Assembly: GCA_951406725.2 (NCBI GenBank)
Contig: OX597830.1
Coordinates: 23,436,001 to 23,500,000, forward strand
Reading direction: 5' to 3'
DNA length: 64,000 bases
From: Octopus vulgaris
Lineage: Eukaryota
Below the pieces are notes generated by a model, which was given only the letters and a program-made list of their open reading frames with translations, ran no database searches and was not told where the DNA came from. A program made the translations under genes and the position numbers. How positions within the stretch are numbered: position 1 is the stretch's first letter; the number at the start of each line of letters is the position of its first letter. Positions 28,806 through 42,186 of the stretch are shown in pieces.

Positions 28806-29122
28806 GAAGGCGCGTGGCTTAGTGGTTACGGAAATTCGGTTCTCGATTATAGGGTCGTCAGTTCGATTCCCGGCGGCGCGCTGTGTCCTTGAGCAAGACA
28901 CTTTATGTTTCACTTTGCTCCAGTCCACTCAGCTGGCAAAAATTAAATAGTACCTGTATTTCAAAGGGCCAGCCTTGTCACATTATGTATCAAGCTGAAT
29001 CTTCCTGAGAACTACGTTAAGGGTATACATGTTTGTGGAGTACTCAACCACTTGCACGTTAATTTCACGAGCAAGCTGTTCCATTGATTGGATCAATAGG
29101 AACTCTCGTTGTCGTAACCGAC
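28806..29122 (+). mobile_element. Family C tRNA-derived SINE
   Basis: GAAGGCGCGTGGCTTAGTGG (A box), GTTCGATTCC (B box) and CCTTGAGCAAG; the body matches 41412-41703. Confidence 0.85.
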
Positions 29123-30503
29123 ATATTACCCGGCATAAATAGTTTGAGATTTGGTTCAGTAGAAAAAGTTACATCAAAATATCTGCGACCTCAGGGGGGG
29201 GGGGCAGTAAGGCACCTATTCCTCTTCAATTAAAATAAATGTTTTTATTTTAAAATAAAAGTATAGTTTTCTTAGGCTTAAACAATAGAAAAATGCAAGA
29301 GGAATTCAGAATCGTTAGTCGCATTGAACAAAAATTAGTAGAAAAAAATGTATGAGGTGAAATGTAATGAAATTTATTGTCAGTAAGTGAGGAAGTAAGA
29401 AGTAACGCCCCAAGCTATAAGGCTAAGATAAGAATATATTTCTAAATTGGATGTTCTTATATATAATGCGGTGAGTTGCCAGAAACGTCAGCATGCAGCC
29501 TGAAATTTTTATCGATATTTCGTCTGTCTTTCAGTTCTGAGTTCAAATTCTATCGAGGTTGTCTTTACATTTCGTATATTTTATTTTTAAAAATTTAATT
29601 AAGTATTTAATAAAGTTATTTTTAATATGCTGTTGAATTAGGGTAAGTTTCATTTTTATTATTAATTTTCCCTTTCTGCTTTTTTGTTTTCCCTTTTTAG
29701 TTACTTAAGGCGAGCCTGGTAGCTGATGGTTTTGGGGTCGTCTTGTTTGTAACTTTTGGTGAGCCATAATGCAAACAAACAACAAGATGATAAAATTCCC
29801 TGGAATTAATTTGGTGTGGATGGGTAATATCAAATAATTCAATCACAACATATATTTAAATTAAACATGAAAAGAATTGAAATATTATCATCACTTACAT
29901 GGAAAACTTGAAATATTATCTTTCAGTATTTTATAAGGCAAAATCTTAAATTATTAATTGAAGCATTATGAATTATCTTATAACAGCAATGCCTGGAAAA
30001 ATCATGGATTGCATGGAAAAATGCGAGCATGAAAAGTAATACTGCACCTAAAATTAAAATTTGAATATTAAAAATTATTTTATTATAGTTTACAAATAAC
30101 ACTATACTTATTTAAGTAGAATTTAGCTAATTTACTACCTTAAATAAAGGAAAAAGTGACTAATTAGACAAACTTACAAATCACCTGAAAAGTTTTGTAC
30201 AGTAAATTTAAAAGATAACAACTGTAAAGAGTGATAAATTAGAAGAACTGGCATTCTTTGCTGCAATATTTTAAGTAAAAAGTTTCTTATTCTTTACTTT
30301 ATTAAAAGTAATAGCTTCTCCTATACTTTTCCTGGTGTAATAACTTGTCCTTTGCTTCTCCAGGTTTATAATCTTAAGAATATTACTTTTCATGCTTATA
30401 AAGGTATAGGACAAGCTATTACTTCTAGTAAAGTAAAGAATAAGGAGCTTTTCTCTTGACGCATATGTATATATGTATACATATATATATATGTATATGT
30501 ATA

Positions 30504-30605
<102 letters not shown>

Positions 30606-30644
30606 CATATATATATACATATATTTACATATATACATATATAT

Positions 30645-30693
<49 letters not shown>

Positions 30694-30704
30694 TACATAC
30701 ATAC

Positions 30705-30741
<37 letters not shown>

Positions 30742-30749
30742 AGTGTGTG

Positions 30750-31020
30750 TGTGGCTGTGTGGAAAGTACCTTGCTTACCAACCACGTGATTTCGGTTTCA
30801 GTCCCACTGCGTGGCACCTTGGGCAAGTGTCTTCTACTATAGCCTCGGGCCGACTAAAGCCTTGTGAGTAGATTTGATAACCGATGCTGGTGCGTTTACG
30901 TGCCCGTAACTAGAATAAGTACTAGGCTTACAAAGAATAAATCCTGGAATCGATTTGTTCGACTAAAGCGGTGCTCCAGCATGGCTATAGTCAAATGACT
31001 GAAATAAGTAAAAGAGTAAA
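30750..31020 (+). mobile_element. Family B SINE with the central microsatellite region deleted
   Basis: The 5' half joins directly to AACCGATGCTGG of the 3' half. Confidence 0.85.
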
Positions 31021-31032
31021 TACATACACACG

Positions 31033-31124
<92 letters not shown>

Positions 31125-31523
31125 CACACATACCTGGATTAAAGAGGATCAATTAAGATTGGTTACATCAAAGCGAAGCACACGGCATGGTTATACGGAG
31201 AACATAAATCAACAGGTAAGCAATCAAGAATCTTTTTGGGTGTTTTGTTATCCGCTGTTCCAAGAGTATCCACAGTTGAAGACAGAACGCCAGTGTTGTG
31301 TAAAATAACAATAAATAGCAAGGAATGGATTATACGAGATTGCTACAATCGTACTGGCAGGTTAAGTATGAAATGCATCATATATAAGATGCTCCAAAAT
31401 ATACCAGAGAACCTCTGAAATCTCCAGGATGCCCCGTGTTGCAGAAGGTCGAGCATCGACACGTACCACTGGATAGTGTAGCCCAACTGCATACACACAC
31501 ACATATACATACGCAACCCCACA

Positions 31524-32375
31524 CATGTAAACACACGAGAGAAAAGTACTTGATAACATACCAAAAGGCGATAACTCCTCATCAGTTGTCGGATTGTTTA
31601 TTACTCCTAGTTCGTGCTTCTAACGACAATATAGGGGAACTTCATAAGGCAGCAGCATCCAGAAATTTTTAAAATATAAAATTCATATAGAGTTAGAGCT
31701 TCGGATGAACAAACGACAGGGTGGACGTACAGAGTAAACAATCGACGAAGACAAACATTAAGGGTCGTTAGGCCAAGACGAATTGTAATGGGAGAATTTT
31801 TTTTCAAGGAAATAGAATAATTAGAAGAGAAGAAAATAGTAGAAGAAAGATGTTGAGAGCCGAGGAAAATGACAACCAGCTCGGTGAACGTCTAGTCCAG
31901 AAAAGACAGGGCAAGAGAAATGGCCTGCAGTTACATGTGAGTAACAGATGCAGGGGGGAACTGGGACAAGAAAGAGGATGAGAGAAGGAAACAAAAGGAG
32001 TGAGGAGTAGGGAAAAGGAACGGCAGATAGTAGAAGAATGATAGATGGGGGAAGTAAAGAAGGTTATAGTAAGATTGAGAGAAAGAAAGGAAAAAGTGTC
32101 TAGTCGCAGAAAATATATATAGGCGTAAGAACTTACTGCGGTCAAGGCTGCATGGCGTTCGTTTGTAAATAAATAAAATAAAAAATACACATTGTGTACA
32201 GGACATAACTAACGAGTAAAGAATACGTAAGTCTTTTAGTATTTTGTTCTGTACTTTACTCTCGTGTGTTTACGTATTTTTCACTCGTTGGTAATGTCCT
32301 GTACAAAAAGTGCTTTTTTCATTTTATTTGTCTATAATCGAACACCGCGTAGCCTTGACCACATTAAGTTCTTAC

Positions 32376-32378
<3 letters not shown>
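31524..32378. repeat. Element with inverted terminal duplication (possible Penelope-like pseudo-LTR)
   Basis: 32124-32230 is an imperfect inverted copy of 32270-32376, and 31524-31550 is inverted at about 32248-32277. Confidence 0.5.
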
Positions 32379-32463
<85 letters not shown>

Positions 32464-32504
32464 GTCTGTCTGTCTGTGTGTCTGTCTGTCTGTCTGTCTA
32501 TATA

Positions 32505-33836
32505 TACCCAGGCCTATTCCCCATTTTTTAGGAGTGGGTAGCCACAACAAGACACACACCAGGCATTCCATTCATTTCCCAGCTCAAAAAGGCGAACCCC
32601 GTCCTATGCTTGAGTCAAAGCATAGAACGCAACCCCCGATATCTGCTGCGGGGCCCCACAGCATATAATAGTTTACCCCCGTCACATCAAACTAGTTCCG
32701 TACTCCTTGAGCAACATTAAATTCACTCATCCGTCCACAAACACCCGCCAAGCTTTCCTATCATTCTGCCTTCATCACACTCCTTACCATCTGCTCCTCA
32801 TTCATCCTCTCCATGTGACCAAATCAGCTCAACATTTGCCTATCCATTCTGGTTGTTAGATTTTCTCTCATTCCTGCTCGCCCTCGTACCGCCTCATTCC
32901 TCATCCTGTCTATCCGTGTCACACCAACCATAGCCCTCTAACATGTCATCTCAAACACATCTAGTCGCCCACGTCTCTGCACCATATAACGTTGTCAGCA
33001 CAATCACGCCCTCATACACACCTCTTTTCGCTTTCACACTCAACCTTATATCTTCCAGCATTCCTTTCACAACTCCACTCTATATCTCACTTCCTCAGGC
33101 AAAACTCTCATCCACCATCACGTGTGATCCCAGATACTTGAAACACACACCTCCTCTAACATCTCAACGTTTATATTCACATTCATCCTACTAGCCATTC
33201 CATCTCTCGAACATCTCACCACCTTACTCTTAGCTACATTCACTTTCAGTTCCCTCCTCTCACACACTCTTCCAACTCTACCACCAGTCTCTTCTGTTGT
33301 TCTTCCAAATCCGCCATCAGTGCTGTATCATCAGCAAACAACAACTGACTTACCTGTCAGTTCTATCCATTTTCTTCCACCATTTGGGATCCCCTACAAA
33401 AGGTTCTATCATTCATCTCTCTTACCACACCATCCATATATAGATTAAATAGCCACGGAAACATCACACAACCTTATCTTAACCCCACCTTCACATCAAA
33501 CCACTCACTTACTTCACCACCCACCCTAACGCACGCCCTATTTTCTCTATAGAAACTCTGTACAGCTCTCAAAAATCTACCACCTACTCCATACAACAGA
33601 AACATTTGTCACATTTTATCCCTTTCCACTCAGTCAAATGCCTTCTCTAGGTCCATAAAGGCCCAATACACATCCCTCCCTTTTGCCACGGACTTCTCAC
33701 ACATCTGCCTTACTACAAATATCTGATTTGCACACCCACTTCCAATCCTAAAACCGTACTGCTCCTCCCCTAGTACACTCTCTGTCTGGTTCATCACCCT
33801 TACAATCAAAATTCTCCCATACAGTTTGCCAACCAC
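32505..33836 (-). mobile_element. 5'-truncated, degenerate RTE-clade LINE (RT to 3' end)
   Basis: ORF 33630-33836 reads GKLYGRIL..EEQYGFRIG..QIFVVRQMCEK..AFMDLEKAFD. A downstream LFADD motif (about 33330) and FKYLG (about 33135) are on the minus strand. Confidence 0.9.
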
Positions 33837-33974
33837 ACACTACCGGTATTAACGTAGCAACAGCGAAACTTTTCGTTTTCATTTGCGAAGTCTCTCACTT
33901 TCTATTTTGATGATTTCATTTCAAGTTTTAATTCTCTACTTGCAAACAACTACGATAAATTACTGAAAGAAATA

Positions 33975-34629
33975 AAAACCGTGAGAAGAGACTTTCCGGT
34001 AAAAGAAAAAAAAATGTAAATATTTTCTGAGGAAATAGTGTACGTTTCAAGGGAGATTTGGCTGTTGTTTCTAGAACATCCCAAACCACCCTCCGTTTTT
34101 ACTCCCGCATGTATTGATGTTTTTTTCAATATTTTTCTCCCATTAAACACATTTTATGGAATGATGATACCGAAGTAACGCACGTGTGGTCCATTGCAAC
34201 CAAAAAAAAAAAAAAAAAAATTGTAATGTAAATTTTTACCCCCACCTCAATCAAACGAATCCGTTTGTGTGTATGTAAAAAAACATTTTGTAAGAGAAAA
34301 GTATGCTATTAAAATGAATTATCGTTTCCATACCTCTTTTTAAAAAAACCACTATGGATAAATGCCAGCAATGACCTTATTAGGCTCTCCAATATTTTGA
34401 ATTATAAACAGAAACAATTGGTGGCAGGGAGTGGGGTTGCAAAAACAAAATAATCATAATTTTTCACATATTTGGAGTGGCTGTGTGGTAAGTAGCTTGC
34501 TAACCAACCACATGGTTCCGAGTTCAGTCCCACTGCGTGGCATCTTGGGCAAGTGTCTTCTGCTATAGCCGCGGGCCGACCAATGCCTTGTGAGTGGATT
34601 TGGTAGATGGAAACCGAAAGAAGCCTGTC

Positions 34630-34692
<63 letters not shown>

Positions 34693-35122
34693 GTGTGTGT
34701 ATGTGTGTGTATGTGTTTGTGTGTCTGTGTTTGTCTCCCTAGCATTGCTTGACAACCGATGCTGGTGTGCTTACGTCCCCGTCACTTAGCGGTTTGGCAA
34801 AAGAGACCGATCGAATAAGTACTGGGCTTACAAAGAATAAGTCCCGGGGTCGATTTGCTCGACTAAAGGCGGTGCTCCAGCATGGCCGCAGTCAAATGAC
34901 TGAAACAAGTTAAAGAAAAGAAAGAATATAAATGTATTTATGGGGAGAAAAATCTTGAAAAACTTCAATACATTCGACTGAGAATGAAACGAGGAGGGTT
35001 GTCTTAGGATGTGCTAGAAACGACAGCCAAATTTCCTTTAGATCACTCACTTTTATCTCTGAAAATATTAACAATTTGTTTTATATATTTTTTTTTACCG
35101 AAAAGGCTCCTGCCATGGGTTT
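33975..35122. repeat. About 180-bp diverged inverted repeat pair (33975-34153 / 34928-35122) enclosing a family B SINE
   Basis: GATTTGGCTGTTGTTTCTAGAACATCC versus GGATGTGCTAGAAACGACAGCCAAAT, and TTTTTCTCCCAT versus ATGGGGAGAAAAA. Confidence 0.75.
34474..34925 (+). mobile_element. Full family B SINE with internal (TA)n/(TG)n
   Basis: Complete consensus. Confidence 0.9.
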
Positions 35123-35646
35123 GAAGTGAAAAAAAGGGGGCCAAAATCGGTTCGGAGTGGGATGATGAGTGAGCGGGGCCCTACAAAATGTTTTCAAAGT
35201 TTTTGTCATAAAAATTCGAAGACTGTGGTTATAAAGAAATGGGGAAAATCCCCGTCGAAATGGGTTGTTTGAAACAAATTTGGTCTTTCTGACCCGAAAC
35301 TCCGTTTTTTCAAAACTCCTCTCCCCACCACATGAAAAAACGTTTTCCCCACGAATTTATTTATAATCGTAATCTATGTTGTTTGAAAGGCATTTGTGTA
35401 AAATTTCATTACAAGATATCCATTTTCCTGAAAGTTATGAGGGATAAAATTCGGATCACGTGAATTTTCTGAAATTCTCTCTCTCTGCCCCTTCGAAAAA
35501 ATTATTTCCCATAAATCCCTCTATACTCTGAATCAACAGCATCTAAGCGGTAATTGTTGAAAATTTCGTTACAAAGTATACATTTTTCTGGAAGTTATGA
35601 GACAACAAATTCAGGAAGGGGGTTCACACCTGTAGTGATACCGATG

Positions 35647-35735
<89 letters not shown>

Positions 35736-36377
35736 GTATTAAGGCTATGAGTTTATAATCCGAGTGAAACCGGGTCATTCTGTTTCTCTCTCTCTCTCTC
35801 TTCGCACACACATATATAGTAAGAAGAAAAAAGGGATTAAAAGTCTAACCAGATATCAATAAAGCACCCATTTTTAAACGAATTTGGTTAACTATAAGCA
35901 ACAACCAGACAACAATAATTTCAAGTAGAGTACACACCCAAGGAGATTCCTCATGTATGAGAAGTAGATCAAAATATCATTTAGAAGAATTTCCAGAAAT
36001 TCAGAGTATTAGACATCTTTCATTGCAGAAATCATCTGATAAAGCCGGCAATTGTTTCTACGGTATATTTAAATATAGGAAATATAAATAAAACCAAAGT
36101 TTCCGAAAATACATGTTAATGCAACGTTTTCAAGTTTGTTGCGCCTACCTCTCTGCTCCCTGCAGCTGAAGAGGAGAAAACAACTCCGAAATGGTTAGGC
36201 AATGCTGTGGACTGACTCGGTATGTTTAGACCTAGTTGTCTACAGAAGAAATTATCTCCATGACAAAATACAGTGTTTGTCTTTCTTACGTTGCAAATAT
36301 CCCTCAAGCATATTTGAAATGGTAACAAGTGTGTATTTATATACATCACTGTTTAATGCTGCTAGCACCCTATATAA

Positions 36378-36900
<523 letters not shown>

Positions 36901-37150
36901 TATGTATGCAGATATTACATAAGTCTAAATATAGATATAGATATATGTATGTATATAAATATATACATATGTGTGTATGCGTGTATGTATAGATATATGA
37001 ATAAGCGCACCTACTCGCGTACACATAAGACACTGACACACAAGACACGAGTAACACAGATACAGAGAGCGGTTCCCGAGTGTGAATGCACCAAACCGTC
37101 AACCGACAAGTAGACATTATACTGAAACAGATAGAAAGAACGAGCCAGAT

Positions 37151-37189
<39 letters not shown>

Positions 37190-37569
37190 CAGAAAGATAG
37201 ATAGATAGACAGAGATAAAAGAAGTGAGAGAGAGAGAGAGAGAAGACAGGAGGGCGTAAAAGGCGAGCGTATTTGTAAATGAATGAATGAGCGAGAAAGT
37301 ATGTCATCAACATGCTGTTAAGCACAAGTTGAACCTAGAAAAGCGTCCTCGTTTCAAGCTTCTGATGTAATGTTATACAGCATCGCTTTCTTTTCACTTC
37401 TAGTTATATCTCGTTCATCGTTCTGTAACGCTTGTTCTCCTTTCTTCTGGTTTGTTTATTTATTTATTTGTTTATTTATTTATTTATTTATTTATTGTGC
37501 GTGTATCTGACGTAAGATCTCTCTCCATTGTATTCCCGTATTCCAGTCGTTTTACCGAAAAGACGGAAC

Positions 37570-38034
37570 AGAAGAAAGGAGGAGGAGGAGGAGGAGGAGG
37601 AGAAGAAGAGGGAGAAGAAGAAGAAGAAGAAGAAGAAGAAGAAGAAGAAGAAGATGAAAGAAAAGAAATAGGAGAAGAAGAAAGGAAGAGAAGGAGAAGG
37701 AGAAGAAGAAAGGAAGAGAAGGAGAAGAAGGAAGAGAAGGAAACGGAGAAGGAGAATAAAAAGAAATGGAAGAAAAAGAAAGAGGAGGAGAAGAAGAAAT
37801 AGAAGGAAAGAAAGGAAGAGAAGGAGAAGGAGGAGAAGGAGAAGAAGGAAACGAAGAAGAAGAAAAAGAAAAAAAAGTAGAAGAAACAGAAGAAGAGAAG
37901 AGAAGGAGAAGAAGAAGATGAAGAAGAAGAAGAAGAAGAAAGAGAAGGAGGAAGAAGAAGGAGAAGAAAGAGGAGAAGGAGGAAGAAGAAGAAGAAAAAG
38001 AGGAATAATAATTATAATAATAATGATGATGATG

Positions 38035-38114
<80 letters not shown>

Positions 38115-38120
38115 AAGGAG
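37570..38120. repeat. Polypurine (GAA/GGA)n tract with embedded (TAA)n
   Basis: Directly visible. Confidence 0.95.
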
Positions 38121-38379
38121 CGTTGGCAAAGTATGACGGTGAGGTAATAGGCGGAGGAAAGAGAAAAGCAGGAAGTGGGAGAAGCAAAAAAAGATTCATA
38201 CAAAGATCCACGAATTCAACAGCAAAGAGGTCAGCGATTGGTGACTTGTTATTTTAAAGAAGATACGTACAACATTTTCGCTTAATGGAAGGAAACCTGT
38301 GGCGTGTGTAAAGATAAGATATTGTTAAGATCAATCCAGAACGTTAATTGAACTAAACATACTGTGAGCCAGTTTACAC

Positions 38380-39225
38380 TGGTGGTGGTGGTGGTGGTGG
38401 TGAATGGTAAGGGTGGTAGTGGAGTGTGGTGATGGTGGTGGTGGTAGCGGTGGTGGTGGTGGTGGTTGTAGTTATGGTGGTGGTGGTTGTAGTTATGGTG
38501 GTGGTGGTGGTGTCGATGGTGGTAGTGGCGGTGGTGCTGGTCGTTGTGATGGTGGTGGTTGTGGTGATGATGGCGGTAGTGGTCATAGTGGTGTCGGTGG
38601 TGGTAGTGGCGGTGGTGCTGGTCGTTGTGATGGTGGTGGTGGTTGTGGTGATGATGGCGGTGGTGGTGGTGGTGGTGTCGGTGGTGGTAGTGGCGGTGGT
38701 GGTGGTTGCAGTGATGGTGGTGGTGGTAGTGTCGGTGGTGGTAGTGGCGGTGGTGGTTGTGGTGGTGGTGGTGGTTGTGGTGGTGGTGGTGGTTGTGGTG
38801 GTGGTGGTGGTTGTGGTGGTGGTAGTTGTCGTGTTTTTGGTGGTGGTGGTAGTGTCGGTGGTAGTGGTTGTAGTAGTGGTGGTAGTGGTGATGGTGTCCG
38901 TGGTGGTAGTGGCGGTGGTGGTGGTGGTGGTTGTGGTGGTGGTGGTGGTAGTGATGGTGGTGGTGGTGGTGTTGTCGGTGGTGGTGGTTGTGATGTTGGT
39001 GGTTTTGGTGTCTCTGGTGGTGATGGTAGAGGGAGGTGTGGCTAGGAGGGGTTGGATGGTTTGGTTGTGAAGCGTAAAATAAATACTCGATGATGTCAGC
39101 CATCTTTGAATTAAAATGAAAAACTCTCCGTCGTCGTCTCTTCTAAAACTGTACGTGTTACACCTCCGGTATCAATTTCCGTTACCAGCACCATCTCCAC
39201 CATCATCAATACCACCACCACCACC

Positions 39226-39257
<32 letters not shown>

Positions 39258-39527
39258 CAACAACAACGCCAGCACCAGCATCACCAGCACCTGCAACACC
39301 ACCACCACCACGACCATCACCACCATTCACCACGACGACGACCACCACCACCACCACAATTACCACCAGCATCAGCACCACCACCACCACCACCACCACC
39401 ACCACCACCACCACAACCACCACCACCACCGCCACCACCGCCACCATTCACCACCACTATCATCAACACCATCACCAGCACTACCAGCACCACCATCATC
39501 ACCAACACCACCACCAGCAACAGCACC

Positions 39528-39558
<31 letters not shown>

Positions 39559-39560
39559 CT
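38380..39560. repeat. (GGT)n-rich tract 38380-39030 facing an (ACC)n-rich tract 39185-39560
   Basis: Directly visible complementary trinucleotide tracts with a spacer of about 150 bp. Confidence 0.95.
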
Positions 39561-40074
39561 CTCACAGCCGCACCGCAGATGTTTTTCCTCGATAAACTGC
39601 CAACGCTGCTCTTGTCTATATATTTTTTTGGATGCAGTTGTTTGTGTTGCTGTTGATGTTGTTTTTGTAGCTATTGTTACTAGTTTACATTGTAATGCTG
39701 TTGCTGTTGCTGTTCTTATCGTTGTTGTTGTTCAGCCCCTGGTCAAATGTTGCTTCAGTCGATGCTACAAAAGCGTTCCCGCCATCAACATCCAGTGTTT
39801 TTCTTGTACACTTAAAAACTATATATTGGCCAATGTGATTGCGTCTTAATCCAACCCAACCCACCCCATCCTTTTTTTAAACGATAGATGGCAACTTGAG
39901 TGAAATTTGGCTGCTAATTCTAGCAGGATGCAATGGTTCTCCACCAGAGGTCTATATGACCCTAGTGGCTCCACGTAAGATTTTGTTGCTAAACTTTATG
40001 GCCAATAAGCTTTTACAATGTACAAAATGCTTTAACAATTTTTTAAATACATTTCCTAATAAATATTTTATCTT

Positions 40075-40952
40075 TTCGGGGTCGATTAAATAAGTACCAG
40101 TTGCATACTGCGGTCGATGTAACTGATTTAATCCCTTGTTTAATCCCTGTTCTTGTTTGTCCCCAATATCTTTAGCCCCCTGTGGGCAATAAAGAAATTG
40201 ATATTTTATTATAAAAAAGGCGGCGAGCTGGCAGAAACGTTAGTCTGCCGGGCGAAATGCTTAGCGGTATTTAGTCTGCCGTTACGTTCTGAGTTCAAAT
40301 TCCGCCGAGGTCGACTTTGCCTTTCATCCTTTCGCACTGGGGTCGATATAATCGACTTAATCCGTTTGTCTGTCCTTGTTTGTCCCCACTGTGTTTAGCC
40401 CCTTGTGGGTAGTAAAGAATTTCTCCTGTCTTTACGTTCTGAGTTCAAATTCCGCCGAGGTCGATTTTGCCTTTCATCCCTTTCGGGGTCGATTAAATAA
40501 ATACCAGTTACGCACTGGGGTCGATATAATCGACTTAATCCGTTTGTCTGTCTTTGTTTGTCCTCTCTGTGTTTAGCCCTTTGTGGGTAGTAAAGAAATA
40601 GGTATTTCGTCTGTCTTTACGTTCTGAGTTCAAATTCCGCCGAGGTCGACTTTGCCTTTCATCCTTTCGGGGTCGATTAAATAAGTACCAGTTACGCACT
40701 GGGGTCGATATAATCGACTTAATCCGTTTGTCTGTCCTTGTCTGTCCTCTCTGTGTTTAGCTCCTTGTGCGTAGTAAAGAAATAGGTATTTCGTCTGTCT
40801 TTACGTTCTGAGTTCAAATTCCGCCGAGATCGACTTTGCCTTTCATCCTTTCGAGGGTCTATAAATTAAGTACCAGTTGCGTACTGGTGTCGATCTAATC
40901 GACTGACCCCCTCCCCCAAAATTTCGGGCCTTGTACCTAGAGTAGAAAAGAA
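40075..40952 (+). mobile_element. Family A SINE cluster: 3' fragment plus one head followed by four tandem body units
   Basis: Head at 40219. TTACGTTCTGAGTTCAAATTCCGCCGAG recurs at about 40282, 40432, 40617 and 40801. Confidence 0.9.
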
Positions 40953-41149
40953 TATTTTACTATGAAGATATATGATTTTTTTAAACATTGAATGGGTACC
41001 AGGGTCCCGTAGAGTAAAACCGAAATCAAAGGGGTCCATAAGCAAAAAATAATTGAGGGTCCTTCTTTTTTTTGCATTTGTGTATGGATTGTTTGTATAT
41101 ATTTGTTAGTAAGAATATTTGTATGCATGTATGAATGTATGTATATTGT

Positions 41150-41703
41150 GAAGGAGTGTGGCTTAGTGGTAAGGGTGTTGAACTCCTGACCGTAAGATTG
41201 AGGTTTCGATGCCTGGACCGGGCGATGCGTTGTGTTCTTGAACGAAACCCTTCCTTCGACGTTGCTCCCATCCACTCATCAAGCGAAAATGAGTCATCTT
41301 TTGACGTATCAGTGTCCCGTCCAAGTGGAGATTATATACGCCATGGAATTCGGGAAACCGGCCCTTATGAGACTGGTGTGGCTCGAGAAGATAACTTCCC
41401 TATGTATGTTGTGAAGGAGCGTGGCTTAGAGATTACGTTATTCGATTCATGATCGTAAGGTGATGAGTTCGATTCCCGACGGCGCGTTGTGTCGGGACAC
41501 TTTATTTGACGGTGCTCCAGTAATCTCAGATGGCAAAAATGACTAGTTCCTGTATTTCAAAGGTCCAGCCTTGTTACATTCTGTGTAACTATGTTAAGGG
41601 TACACGCATCTGTGGAGTACTCAACCACTTGCACTTTCATGAGCAGACTGTTCCCGTTGATCATATCAACTGGAACCCTCATCGTCGTAATGGACAGAGT
41701 GCC
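41150..41703 (+). mobile_element. Two tandem family C SINEs (41150-41390, 41412-41703)
   Basis: GAAGGAG.GTGGCTTAG heads and B boxes, with different 3' bodies. Confidence 0.8.
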
Positions 41704-41937
41704 TTTATGTATGTATGTATGTATGTATGTATGTACGTATGTATGTATGTATGTATGTACATACGTACGTATGTATGTATGTATGTATGTATGTATGTAT
41801 GTATGTATGTATTTACGTACGTACGTAAGTTGTGGTTATGTTCGTGCGTGTGTGTTTGTGTGTGTGTGAACCCGTGTTTCTTAGTTTTTATTTTTTGAGC
41901 ATCTTACCAGTATACATACATACATACATACATACAT

Positions 41938-42022
<85 letters not shown>

Positions 42023-42126
42023 TAAATGAAATAATGGAGTCGAACGAAGATGTTAACAAAATTCCTTTACTCTCGACATATGTTTCGAAGACAACATGGT
42101 TTCATTCCAAAGGAATAAAGGGTGTA

Positions 42127-42181
<55 letters not shown>

Positions 42182-42186
<5 letters not shown>

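Noticed and set aside
37452-38211. Glu/Lys-rich or Phe/Leu-rich ORFs
   Set aside because: Polypurine (GAA)n low-complexity sequence.
38282-39595. His-rich, Gly-rich and Pro/Thr-rich ORFs resembling structural proteins
   Set aside because: Several frames on both strands are open because of the trinucleotide repeat. There is no signal peptide, domain or splice support.
40282-40900. CRISPR-like regularly spaced repeats
   Set aside because: The units are whole SINE bodies with repeated rather than unique spacers. The context is eukaryotic and there are no cas genes.
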